Origin: a virus
Length of the DNA: 64,000 nt
Direction: 5' to 3' (one strand)
IMG/VR virus record: IMGVR_UViG_3300023202_000336
Coordinates: 32,001-96,000 of that record
The position numbers and the translations under genes are program-made. Below are positions 10,096 through 19,613 of this stretch, piece by piece. Within the stretch, counting starts at the first letter, position 1. The number at the start of each line of letters is the position of its first letter. The notes beneath the pieces were generated by a model. The model made no database searches and was not told the origin of the DNA. It was given only the letters and a program-made list of their open reading frames with translations.

Positions 10096-11145
10096 ATGGC
10101 ACTTCTCCCCGGTTTTGGCTCGTTCGCTCGCGACGCTATTGCGCGTGGTATGAAGAATATCGGTGGTCCTGCCGAGGATACTGTATCTGGGTCCCCTGCT
10201 CAGGAAGGTGTTCAGGCGCCTACTCCTTCGATAGAAGCGAGAAGGGCTTCCGGAGGTCCCCAGGTAGGTGCGCCGGGCGCTGGTACAGCTACTACGAAAC
10301 CTCCTACGACCAAGGCTACGCCTCCTCCTACTGATTTTCTTGGGCGCCCGGTCGGGACCGGAGCTGCTCCTGGTATCGAAGTGCCCCTTCCTGCAGGTGG
10401 TCAGGAGCCGATTCCTTCACCTCCGAAGGGGGAGAACGGCCATAAGCCGAAAGTCCCCACTGACGAGACGCCTCCTGCTGGTGACCGTCCGGCTGAGGTG
10501 ACGGAAAAGCCGGAACCTCTTGGGTTGAAGGCGGAGAAGGCATTCCGGAGTCAGCTTTTGAAGCGGCATGAACAGAGCCTCAAGAAGGCGGAGAATAAGT
10601 CTTTTTGGGATACTACGAAGGAATGGCTTGGGTCCGACTGGAAGAATCTTTTGATTCCGGCCGGCCTTCTCATGATGTTTTTCAATAACAACGTGGCCCG
10701 CCTTCTCGGTGCGGTAGCGATCGGTGCGGGCGGTTATAACCTGTATCAGCGTGGAAAAGCGCTTCTGAGCGACGATCATCCGCACCATGATCTTGTAACG
10801 AATGCAATTGCTCAGAGTGCGTCCTATACCGACCCGCAGACGAAAGAAAACATACCTTTCGGGAACTCTCAACAGGTTGTTGAAAATATACGTCAGACCC
10901 ATGGACCGGAGGCTGCACAGACGGTGAAGCAAGGTCTCATCGATTATCAGATGGCTCACCGGATCGGCGGTACTGATTTCATTATGCGTCAGCTTGCGAA
11001 CAGGCAGGAGCAGGCGCTGCGAGAAAAGTATGGTCGCGACGTTAATCTCGGGTATCAGTCGACGGTTCAGGAGAACCTCGGAAGTGCGCTCGGGTCGGCG
11101 AATCAGTGGATCCAGTCGCAGTGGCAAGGTCTTTGGAATCGATAG
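10096..11145 (+). CDS. Hypothetical protein, Pro/Thr-rich N-terminus plus hydrophobic hairpin
   Basis: Start moved to ATG 10096, just after the upstream stop. LLIPAGLLMMFF..LLGAVAIGAGGY hairpin; no Cys. Confidence 0.72.
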   Translation: MALLPGFGSFARDAIARGMKNIGGPAEDTVSGSPAQEGVQAPTPSIEARRASGGPQVGAPGAGTATTKPPTTKATPPPTDFLGRPVGTGAAPGIEVPLPAGGQEPIPSPPKGENGHKPKVPTDETPPAGDRPAEVTEKPEPLGLKAEKAFRSQLLKRHEQSLKKAENKSFWDTTKEWLGSDWKNLLIPAGLLMMFFNNNVARLLGAVAIGAGGYNLYQRGKALLSDDHPHHDLVTNAIAQSASYTDPQTKENIPFGNSQQVVENIRQTHGPEAAQTVKQGLIDYQMAHRIGGTDFIMRQLANRQEQALREKYGRDVNLGYQSTVQENLGSALGSANQWIQSQWQGLWNR

Positions 11146-11808
11146 ATGCCGTATTCGAGTGCAGCTGATTTCGCTCAAGTACAGGATTACCGACGGCGTG
11201 TTGCTGGCGATCCCTCGCGGTCGCTCGTGAGCAAAGCGCGGGCGCTTGCAGACGTCCAGCGCGAAATCGATAAGCCGGAACCTCGTCGGGGAATGACGTT
11301 CGGAGACGTATTCCGCGGTGCGATTGGGGCAGCGGCTGGATATGGTATCGCGAGAGGCGCAGCGAATGCGATGAACGTCGATCCCGAGTACAAAGGAATA
11401 CTGAGCGCCGCAGGTGCCGGATTAGGAGCTCTTATGAATTCAGGTATGCTCAAGCGTGGAGCTTCAGAAGAGGAGCGGACGCATGCTTTCCGTTTCGGTT
11501 TCGTGAAGGCGGCGCGAGACGTCGGTTACTTCGCGAAGGAGTCTGCTTTCTGGCCGATCCCTACGGTACCGATCTCTCCCGGCTCGGTGATGGCGATCCC
11601 GCGAGGTCTCGCCGGAGCTGCGGCTCGCGGCGGTCAGATCGTAGGCTCTGCGATCGGGGCGGCCGATGCTCCTGACGAGGATGAGGTTGAGTTAGCTGAG
11701 ATTCAGGTCCAGAAGGCGTTGCTCGAGGAGCAGCTCGATAGGCTGAAGTCCGAGCGACGCAATCGGGCACTCAAACGCCTCCTTGCGGAAAGGCGGGAAC
11801 AGAGATAG
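11146..11808 (+). CDS. Glycine-zipper hypothetical protein
   Basis: GAIGAAAGYGIARG, GILSAAGAGLGAL, GQIVGSAIG segments; KRGAS and KESA motifs; no Cys. Confidence 0.72.
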   Translation: MPYSSAADFAQVQDYRRRVAGDPSRSLVSKARALADVQREIDKPEPRRGMTFGDVFRGAIGAAAGYGIARGAANAMNVDPEYKGILSAAGAGLGALMNSGMLKRGASEEERTHAFRFGFVKAARDVGYFAKESAFWPIPTVPISPGSVMAIPRGLAGAAARGGQIVGSAIGAADAPDEDEVELAEIQVQKALLEEQLDRLKSERRNRALKRLLAERREQR

Positions 11809-11817
11809 TATACGGCC

Positions 11818-12162
11818 ATGCGCGATGGAATGGCGAAAACGCTTCGGATTCCGCACGGAGTCCCGATAGCGAGGCATAAGCCGGCACCGAAGATCAACGT
11901 CCCGAACGGACGCGAGACGCCGCTCTTTCATCCCGACGACCCTGACGAGAAGAAGCTCCAACAGATCTGGATCGTGAAAGTGCGCATCTTCGATCTCTCG
12001 AAACCGGAAGACGCCAGGGATTATCAGGAAGCGTGGCAGAAGATTACAGACGGACACGCGGTGAAGTCCGAGGACCGGATAGACTTCAATTCTGAGCGGG
12101 GCACATATATCGCTTTCTTGCGTTGGGCGGAGTTCGATTATAGACTCCCTGAAAGCGCATAG
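11818..12162 (+). CDS. Hypothetical protein
   Basis: 114-aa ORF filling the operon gap; no Cys. Confidence 0.62.
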   Translation: MRDGMAKTLRIPHGVPIARHKPAPKINVPNGRETPLFHPDDPDEKKLQQIWIVKVRIFDLSKPEDARDYQEAWQKITDGHAVKSEDRIDFNSERGTYIAFLRWAEFDYRLPESA

Positions 12163-12170
12163 GAAGTAGT

Positions 12171-13010
12171 ATGCAGAAAGCGGCTGCCCACGAGTGGGCA
12201 ACAGACCCGGGGTACATCCCTGTATTTGCTCTCGGCGGTGCGGCGCTCGGAGGCGGGGCTCGTTTACTGAAGAACCTCTTCGACCTTGGAAGACGTGGCC
12301 CGACGAAGTCTCCAGTGGAGATAGCGCGCCCTCTTGCGGCGCTCTCTGAGGTTCCGGTCGAGGTCTCTAAAGAGGAGGCCGAGGAGTTGCGTAAGCGCGG
12401 CGTCAAGGTTCGGAGGATGCTTTCGAAAGAAGGCGCTCATAAGAAGGAAGGTATTTCACGACTGCTGGGGTCCGCTGGACTTCTCGGTCTTGGAACCCTT
12501 TCGACCGTCGGCGGGTGGCATCTCGCCGATACGCTTATCGATGCTGCTCGGAAGCGGGCGGCGAAGAAAGATGTCGAAGACGTGAAGAAGCGGATACGCC
12601 GTATCCTCGAGGAATCGCCGTCTAATCGTGATGACGAGAAGCTCTTCGGTTACATGAAGGCGGCCGAAGACAAGTACTTCAAGAAAGAAGCGATCCTGAA
12701 GGACATTCCGGTGATTCTTGGCGGGAGCCTCGGTATTAGCGGCGTTCTTGCGGGCCTGGCCGCTTACAATCGTTTGCAGCGGTCTGCTGAGGCGTCTCCT
12801 AAGTTGACCGCATTGAAGTCTATGCTTGCTCGGAGACTTCCGCAGCGTCCGAGTATGACGATGGTGCCTGTTCTGCGAGAAGGCGACGAAGAAGAAAAGG
12901 AGGACGAGGAGCGTATCCAGCCGCGCTTCGTTCCTGTTGAGCGGGTGAGGACGCCCGGGAGCCCAGCAGTACAGGCGGCGAGAAACCGTAGCACCTCCAA
13001 TTGGATTTAG
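12171..13010 (+). CDS. Glycine-zipper hypothetical protein with three hydrophobic helices
   Basis: FALGGAALGGGA, LLGSAGLLGLGTLSTVGG, ILGGSLGISGVLAGLAAY, each preceded by a K-x-A/G motif; no Cys. Confidence 0.75.
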   Translation: MQKAAAHEWATDPGYIPVFALGGAALGGGARLLKNLFDLGRRGPTKSPVEIARPLAALSEVPVEVSKEEAEELRKRGVKVRRMLSKEGAHKKEGISRLLGSAGLLGLGTLSTVGGWHLADTLIDAARKRAAKKDVEDVKKRIRRILEESPSNRDDEKLFGYMKAAEDKYFKKEAILKDIPVILGGSLGISGVLAGLAAYNRLQRSAEASPKLTALKSMLARRLPQRPSMTMVPVLREGDEEEKEDEERIQPRFVPVERVRTPGSPAVQAARNRSTSNWI

Positions 13011-13018
13011 AGGACGTT

Positions 13019-16000
13019 ATGCCGTTTACGGCTTGGTCCCCTGATCACGCTCGCCCAGGACTGGGGCCGGCTCCATTCGATCCGCCGACTCCGGCCGCGA
13101 AGCCCGTGCAGCTGCGTCGATTCGATGACATCGAACAACAGCGAAAGGCTATCTACGAGTCCGCGCGGAGTGCGTTCCAGAATCTTCGTCCGATTCAGAA
13201 CGCGTCGTACCGAATCGAAGTAGCTGACGTCGATTACGACACCCCTGATTTCGAGCCTTCGATCTCCGACGAAAAGAAGGCGCTTCTGCAGAGCGGGTCG
13301 CTTCATCGCCCCCTTAAGGGCACGGTTCGTCTGGTTGATCAGAATACCGGAGACGTAGTTGGTGAGGAGCGGACGACGCTCGCACACGTGCCACACCTCA
13401 ACAGTCGTGGTATGGTGATCCGAAAAGGAGTTGTCTGGGTTCCGCGGAACCAGGCCCGCTTGAGACCCGGCGTGTATACGCGTCACAAGAAGAGTGGCGG
13501 AATAGAGGCGCAGTTCAATGTGAAGGGTGGTCGCGCCTTCCGTATCGAGCTCGAGCCAGAGTCCGGTCTTTTCAAGATGAATATCGGCCAGTCGACCACC
13601 CGTCTCTATCCGATTCTTCGTGCGATGGGTATCACTGATGACGCGATGCGAGAGGCGTGGGGTGACGAGCTGTTCAAAAAGAACTATCGACGTGAATCCG
13701 GGAGCGACGACAAAGACCTGAGAAAGGTCGTGAAGAAGCTCGGACCTTCGGGGGTGACTGTCGAGGATGATCAGCTCGTTGACGTATTAAAGGAGTCGGT
13801 ACAGAAGTCGAAGGTCGATCCGGACGTCATGGAAATCACGATGGGGGAGCGAGCTGAGAACGTCGCCCCTGAGCATCTCTTTCAGGTGACGAACAAGATT
13901 TTGAACGTGAGTCGCGGGACTGCTGACGGCGATAACCGCGATTCGCAGGCGTTCCAGTCGATTCATTCTGCCGAGGATTTCATACGGGAACGGCTCGAGA
14001 AAGATCAGGTAGGAGCGCTGCGTAAACTCCTCTGGAGGGCGACACGAGAGAAGAAGCTTCCGAAGGTCCAGTCGGGGCTGATGAATAAGAACATCTCTTC
14101 GATTTTCGAAGGCTCCGGTCTCGCGGTCGCTGCAGAGGATATCAACCCGTTCGAGATTCACGACCTACGGCAGGGGATCATTCGACTCGGTGAGGGCGGG
14201 ATCAGCTCAGAGAGGGCTGTGAGCCGCGAGGCACGCGGTGTGCAAGCGAGTTACGCAGGTCTGATCGACTCGGGGAGAGGGCCGGAGTCGGGAAGACTCG
14301 GGTTGGATCTGCGTGTGACCGATGCAGCGCAGAAGGGCGACGACAACCAGCTCTATACCGAGGTGAGAAATCTCAAGACCGGTGAGACTGAAACTGTGTC
14401 TGCGAGAACACTTTCTTCGAAGATCGTCACCTTCCCTGGCGAACTCTCGTCCGATACCAAGAGAATCCCGGCGATTAAAGGCGATAAGATCGTTTACGTC
14501 CCGAAAGACGAGGTCGATTACGAGATTGCGAGTCCGAATGACATGATGTCACGGGCGACCGCGATGATCCCGTTTCCAGAGTCGATCAAGGGCCAGAGGC
14601 TGCTCATGGGCGCGCGTATGACCTCCCAGGCTCTTCCGCTGGAAGAGGCTGAAGCGCCTTATGTGCAGACAGCGTCGAAGGACGGGACTAGCCTTCATAA
14701 ACAGATGGGCCCGGTCGTTGGTGCCCGGGTTTCTCCGGTCGGAGGGGTTGTAACGAAGATTTCTCCCGATTTCATTGAGCTCGCGGCCGATGACGGCAAG
14801 AAGCGTCGTATCGACCTTTACAACAACTATCCGACTGCTCGTAAGACGATGATACATAACGAGCCCACGGTGAAGAAGGGTCAGCGGATCAAGGAGGGTG
14901 ATCTCGTTGCGAAGTCAAATTTTACGAGCGACGACGGGACTGCGGCCGTAGGGCGTAATCTTCGTACCGCATTTGCGATCGCAGAAGGCAATACGATCGA
15001 AGACGCGTTCGTCATTTCGGAGTCGGCAGCGAAGAAGCTCACGTCGCAGCATCTCTATAAGCATGACGTCGATTTGAAGGATCTCGAATCGACGGATAAG
15101 AAGCGGTACGTTTCGATATACGCTGATAAGTGGGGTCCCGAGCAGCTCGATCGATTGGATGATGACGGGGTCATTAGAGAAGGAGCAACGGTAAACGCCG
15201 GAGACCCGGTTGTTCTCGGTTTTGCGAAGAAAAAGAAGCGAGGTGTCGGGGCGCTGATGCGTTCGCCAAGAGATGCTTTCGCTGATAAAACGCAGACGTG
15301 GAATCATCATTCGCCGGGCGTAGTGACGGACGTGGTGAAGGGGCGTAAAGGGATAAAGGTTACGCTCAAATCAAAGGAGGCGATGAAGCCGGGCGACAAA
15401 CTGTGCTATAGCCCTGACCACGAAATACTTACACAGCGCGGCTGGATACCCGTCTCAAAGACACTACACTCTGATCTGATAGCCTCGCTAAACCCGGATA
15501 CGGATGAAATTGAGTACGTTCGTCCGGTGGAAATACATTCTTTCGATCACGATGACGTAATGTATGAGGTCGAGTCTACACAGGTGTCGATGTGCGTTAC
15601 TCCCGACCACAAAGTATATGCTTCTAAAAAGAAGGATAAGAAGGATCTCGATTATCATCTTTTTGAGGCGCGAGAGTTGTTCGGAAGGACATATCGTCTC
15701 AAAAACTCTGGGAGGTGGGCAGGAGAGTCTCCAAGTCACATCGTGTTCCCTGAGTGTCAGGTTAAACACGGTGGAATAGGTAACTCATATCGCACTATTC
15801 CTGAAAAGGCAATATCAATACAGGCTTATTTCGTTCTGTTAGGCCTCTTTCTGTCTGAGGGGAATGTATTTAAACACGTGAAGAGCGGGAGCTACGGTAT
15901 AGACATAACTCAGTGTAAAGAAAGTAATATAATCAAAATAAAGCACGTGTTGGATAGCCACGGTATTAAGTATTCTCGTAATAAGACTAAGTTCCGGCTT

Positions 16001-18544
16001 TACGGGCGTCAGTTGCTTAATTATTTTGAGCAATTTGGAAAGTGCCACGAGAAATATATACCCAACTGGGTTTTTTCGTGTAGCAGTGAGGACCTTAAAA
16101 TACTCTTCGAATGGATGATGCTTGGAGATGGGCACTATAGTGCTACATGCGCTTCTTATGTGACTACGTCTAAAAATCTCGCCGACGACTTTCAGAGGCT
16201 TTGTCTTCATATCGGATACGCCGGAAAGGTAAAAGCTACTAATAGAGAGCCGTGTATTCTCAAGTTTCCGGGTAGAGAAGACGTCACTATTCCTAAAACA
16301 CGGTACGACGTAAGCGTGTATAGGGGTAAGCTGAATCCTACCATTAATCACAGCCATACGAGGCACCAGCGCGGGCAGTCTGAGAGATGGGTTAATTACA
16401 CGGGAAAGGTGCATTGTGTAACTCTTGAGAGGAATCATATACTTTATACGCGTAGGAACGGGAAGGCTCATTGGAGCGGCAATACCTCGCGGTACGGGGC
16501 CAAGGGTGTAATTTCAGAGATTCGACCTGATGAGCAAATGCCGACTGACGACGACAGTCGACCGGTCGAGGTGATTGCGAATAGTCTCGGAGTGATCTCT
16601 CGGACCAATCCTTCCATGCTTGCTGAAGCTATTCTCGGAAAGATCTCAGAAAAAACGGGCAAGCCGTACGTGATCAAGGGGTTCGGAAATTCCGGTGACG
16701 TTGTGGAGTATGCGCTTCGCGAAGGAGTTAAGCATGGGGTCGTAAGTGTCGATGACGAAGGCAATATAACCGACGTTGGCGTACTCACCGATCCGAGGGA
16801 TAACCGGAAGATCAAAAATATGTTCACCGGAATCCCGTATCTGATGAAGCTACACCACGTTGCAGAAGCGAAGATCAGCAGCCGTGATACCGGCGGTTAC
16901 ACCGCTGAAGGAATACCTGCCCGAGGCGGGAAAGAAGGCAGCAAGCGGATTGGGCTTCTCGACGCGCATAGCTTGCTCTCAGCCGGAGCTACCGAGTTTC
17001 TCAAAGATGCGAAGCTCATTCGTGGGCAGCGTAACGACGAGTACTGGCGAGCATTAAAGGCGGGTGATACCCCGTTGCAGCCAACGGTTTCGTTTGCGAA
17101 TGAGATGTTCAAGTCGCAGCTTCGAGCAGCTGGGGTCAATCTTCGTGAAAAAGGGACACGTACCGGTCTCGCGCCGCTCCTTGATCAGGACGTTGATAAG
17201 ATCGCTCAGCATGAGATTGAGCGTCCCGGCACTTTTGATTTCGAAACGATGCGCCCGATCAAAGGTGGTCTTTTCGATTTGACGGCGACTGGTGGAGCGG
17301 AAGGGACTCGGTTCTCGAAGATCACGCTTCCGAGAAAGATTCCACATCCACTTTTCGTCGAGCCGATCCAGCGGGTGCTTGGTCTGACCGGTAAGCAGTT
17401 CGAAAATGTTCTCTCCGGGAAGGAGGAGCTTCACGGCGAAACTGGCCCGGACGCGGTCGAGAAGGCGCTCAAGAGTCTTGATGTAGACCGAGAGATCGGC
17501 CTTGCGAAAGAGGAGATTCGCACCGGAAAGAAAACGCGTCGTGACAAGGCGGTGAAGAAGCTGAATTATCTTACCGGTATCAAGCAGATGGAGATCAATC
17601 CAGAAGATCTGATGATCAGCAAGATCCCGGTGATCCCTCCCCGTTTCCGCCCGATTTCGAAGGCGAAAAATATCGACATCGTCCACGACTTGAACTACCT
17701 CTATCACGACCTGTTAGAGGCGAAGAAGAACTATAACGATGCTCAGGAGGTGTTCGGAGAGGCTGACGACGAATATATGACGATGATGAATGCGGTGAAA
17801 TCCGTCGCGGGGTTGCGTGAACCGGTGAATCCGAAGTCAGTCGATCAGGGCGTGAAGGGCATTCTTCGCTACGCGATTGGAATCGGCGATAGTCCGAAGT
17901 CGGCAACCTTTCAGCGTAAGGTGATAGGAAGTGCGGTCGATACAGTCGGGCGCGGTGTTATTACGGCCGACTCGAACCTCGATATGGACGAGGTCGGTGT
18001 TCCTGAGGATATGGCGTGGAATATCTTCAAACCGTTTACGATGCGTCGACTCCGTCGCTACGGGTATTCTGCTCGTGACTCGCTCAAGGCGGTTAAGGAT
18101 CGCACCCCGGTTGCCAGGAAGGCGCTTGAGGAAGAAATGGCGGAGCGACCGGTCGTTTACAACCGCGCCCCGTCGTTGCACCGCTACAGCTACGTAGGCG
18201 CTTGGGGCAAGATCAGGGACGATGACGCGATTGGTATGCCCTACCATACTTTGAAGGGGCTGGGAGGTGACTACGACGGGGATACGGTGAACATCCATGT
18301 TCCCGTTTCGTCTGACTCGGTCGATGAGGTCAAAGAGAAGCTCATGCCGAGTAAGAACCTCTATTTCACAGGTACCTTCGAGACGCACCTCGAGCCGAAT
18401 CAGGATTATTTGGCCGGACTCTTCCTTGCGAGCATGCCGGATCCGAAGGAAGAGGTAAAAACGTTCGCAAACGAAGAAGAGGCTCGAAAGGCCTATGCGC
18501 GAGGAGAGATCAGCGCACGAACGCCGATCCGTATTCTTGCGTGA
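13019..18544 (+). CDS. rpoBC: Multi-subunit RNA polymerase, beta subunit fused to N-terminal half of beta-prime (intein-containing)
   Basis: Beta motifs: GPESGRLG, RLLMGARMTSQALPL, GNTIEDAFVIS, GDKL|TSRYGAKGVI, NSLGVISRTN, YLMKLHH. Beta-prime motifs: KIPVIPPRFRP, VDTVGRGVI, YNRAPSLHR, catalytic GGDYDGD (18263-18283). Start placed at ATG 13019 behind a GAGGA RBS. Confidence 0.95.
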   Translation: MPFTAWSPDHARPGLGPAPFDPPTPAAKPVQLRRFDDIEQQRKAIYESARSAFQNLRPIQNASYRIEVADVDYDTPDFEPSISDEKKALLQSGSLHRPLKGTVRLVDQNTGDVVGEERTTLAHVPHLNSRGMVIRKGVVWVPRNQARLRPGVYTRHKKSGGIEAQFNVKGGRAFRIELEPESGLFKMNIGQSTTRLYPILRAMGITDDAMREAWGDELFKKNYRRESGSDDKDLRKVVKKLGPSGVTVEDDQLVDVLKESVQKSKVDPDVMEITMGERAENVAPEHLFQVTNKILNVSRGTADGDNRDSQAFQSIHSAEDFIRERLEKDQVGALRKLLWRATREKKLPKVQSGLMNKNISSIFEGSGLAVAAEDINPFEIHDLRQGIIRLGEGGISSERAVSREARGVQASYAGLIDSGRGPESGRLGLDLRVTDAAQKGDDNQLYTEVRNLKTGETETVSARTLSSKIVTFPGELSSDTKRIPAIKGDKIVYVPKDEVDYEIASPNDMMSRATAMIPFPESIKGQRLLMGARMTSQALPLEEAEAPYVQTASKDGTSLHKQMGPVVGARVSPVGGVVTKISPDFIELAADDGKKRRIDLYNNYPTARKTMIHNEPTVKKGQRIKEGDLVAKSNFTSDDGTAAVGRNLRTAFAIAEGNTIEDAFVISESAAKKLTSQHLYKHDVDLKDLESTDKKRYVSIYADKWGPEQLDRLDDDGVIREGATVNAGDPVVLGFAKKKKRGVGALMRSPRDAFADKTQTWNHHSPGVVTDVVKGRKGIKVTLKSKEAMKPGDKLCYSPDHEILTQRGWIPVSKTLHSDLIASLNPDTDEIEYVRPVEIHSFDHDDVMYEVESTQVSMCVTPDHKVYASKKKDKKDLDYHLFEARELFGRTYRLKNSGRWAGESPSHIVFPECQVKHGGIGNSYRTIPEKAISIQAYFVLLGLFLSEGNVFKHVKSGSYGIDITQCKESNIIKIKHVLDSHGIKYSRNKTKFRLYGRQLLNYFEQFGKCHEKYIPNWVFSCSSEDLKILFEWMMLGDGHYSATCASYVTTSKNLADDFQRLCLHIGYAGKVKATNREPCILKFPGREDVTIPKTRYDVSVYRGKLNPTINHSHTRHQRGQSERWVNYTGKVHCVTLERNHILYTRRNGKAHWSGNTSRYGAKGVISEIRPDEQMPTDDDSRPVEVIANSLGVISRTNPSMLAEAILGKISEKTGKPYVIKGFGNSGDVVEYALREGVKHGVVSVDDEGNITDVGVLTDPRDNRKIKNMFTGIPYLMKLHHVAEAKISSRDTGGYTAEGIPARGGKEGSKRIGLLDAHSLLSAGATEFLKDAKLIRGQRNDEYWRALKAGDTPLQPTVSFANEMFKSQLRAAGVNLREKGTRTGLAPLLDQDVDKIAQHEIERPGTFDFETMRPIKGGLFDLTATGGAEGTRFSKITLPRKIPHPLFVEPIQRVLGLTGKQFENVLSGKEELHGETGPDAVEKALKSLDVDREIGLAKEEIRTGKKTRRDKAVKKLNYLTGIKQMEINPEDLMISKIPVIPPRFRPISKAKNIDIVHDLNYLYHDLLEAKKNYNDAQEVFGEADDEYMTMMNAVKSVAGLREPVNPKSVDQGVKGILRYAIGIGDSPKSATFQRKVIGSAVDTVGRGVITADSNLDMDEVGVPEDMAWNIFKPFTMRRLRRYGYSARDSLKAVKDRTPVARKALEEEMAERPVVYNRAPSLHRYSYVGAWGKIRDDDAIGMPYHTLKGLGGDYDGDTVNIHVPVSSDSVDEVKEKLMPSKNLYFTGTFETHLEPNQDYLAGLFLASMPDPKEEVKTFANEEEARKAYARGEISARTPIRILA
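15404..16483 (+). mobile_element. Intein with LAGLIDADG endonuclease in RNAP beta (360 aa)
   Basis: Starts CYSPDHEIL; block B VTPDHKV; helices LLGLFLSEGNV and WMMLGDGH; ends HWSGN, followed by Thr(+1). Inserted in the conserved GDK motif. Visibly more AT-rich than flanks. Confidence 0.93.
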
Positions 18545-18587
18545 TTGTCCATCTGGTACTGTCGCTACTCGAGAATAGGATACGTAC

Positions 18588-19613
18588 ATGACACCGTTAC
18601 AGCTGAAACTCTACAAGCGGTCCTTCGTTCCGATGGGGCCGTCCGCGGAGAAAACCGGCCAGCAGGCGTCCGGACCCGGCGGAATGCCGGTCGGTCCCGG
18701 CGCTGGCGCTCCTCCGCCTCCGGGAATGATGCCTCCTGGTGGAGGGATGCCTCTGCCTCCTGGCGGCGCCGGCGGGACGCCTCCGCCCCCGGGTATAGGA
18801 CCGATGGATCCGTCAGCTCCGATGGATCCCGCTGCGGGTGGTGCCCCTCCGGCCGACCCTATGGCTGCACTTCCTCCGATGCCGGGGGAGGAAGGGCTCG
18901 ATGTGCCACCGGAGACGCTTCCGGAGGACCTCGGAGCCGCCCCTGAGGGCGGGGGTGACGGTCTTTCTACGGCAGATGCAGAGGCGGCTGCGAAGATCCA
19001 GCAGCAGACGCTCGATATCGTCGAGCGGACGCTGGACATGGTCGGTAAGACCAAGAAGGATAAGCCGCAAGAGGGTGCCCAGGACCTGCAGCAGGACGGC
19101 CAGGAGCAGGCCGATCAACAGCAGGAAGAACCACCTCCTGAGGCTCAGCCGGGACCTATCACCGGTGAGCCCGGCTTTAGCCCGGGCATGATTAATGGTC
19201 CACTTAAGCTGGGCTCGGCATCGATTGTTACGAAGGCCCTCAAGACGGCGGCTGCTCGTCGTGCCGCTACTAAGACGGCTGCGGTGCTCACGCAGCTGTT
19301 GGTTAAGAACGCTCAGTCCTCAGCCGATATCTGGCGTAAGAAGCGTGGAATGAAGCCCGGCCAGCGCGTGACGGCTCCGAGTAAAGCGTATCGTACTGGG
19401 GTTGCTGGAGGGGCAACGGCGATGACTTCTACGCAGACTCCTACGACTACGCAGACTCCTACGACTACGCAGACTCCTACGACTACGCAGTCCTCCGCTG
19501 ATATTTGGCGTCAGAACCGTGGAATGAAGCCCGGCCAGCGCGTGACGGCCCCGACGGAGGGGGCAGGGGCGGTGACTTCTCGGCAGACTCCTACTGGTTA
19601 TTACTCTCTATGA
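18588..19613 (+). CDS. Pro/Gly-rich low-complexity protein with internally duplicated C-terminal unit
   Basis: Poly-Pro/Gly/Met N-half; two copies of SSADIWR..RGMKPGQRVTAP; TQTPTT repeats; clustered KTAA/KNAQ motifs; no Cys. Confidence 0.72.
   Translation: MTPLQLKLYKRSFVPMGPSAEKTGQQASGPGGMPVGPGAGAPPPPGMMPPGGGMPLPPGGAGGTPPPPGIGPMDPSAPMDPAAGGAPPADPMAALPPMPGEEGLDVPPETLPEDLGAAPEGGGDGLSTADAEAAAKIQQQTLDIVERTLDMVGKTKKDKPQEGAQDLQQDGQEQADQQQEEPPPEAQPGPITGEPGFSPGMINGPLKLGSASIVTKALKTAAARRAATKTAAVLTQLLVKNAQSSADIWRKKRGMKPGQRVTAPSKAYRTGVAGGATAMTSTQTPTTTQTPTTTQTPTTTQSSADIWRQNRGMKPGQRVTAPTEGAGAVTSRQTPTGYYSL
19431..19490 (+). repeat. 18-bp tandem repeat, 3.3 copies (ACGCAGACTCCTACGACT; encodes TQTPTT)
   Basis: Read directly from the sequence. 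Confidence 0.9.

Noticed and set aside
10096-12162. Three consecutive ORFs in one frame joined by TAG (11143-11145, 11806-11808), suggesting amber recoding
   Set aside because: Long genes such as the 1841-codon RNAP contain no in-frame TAG, many genes end in TAG with the next gene out of frame, and each downstream ORF here has its own ATG. Genome-wide recoding is not supported; local readthrough cannot be excluded.
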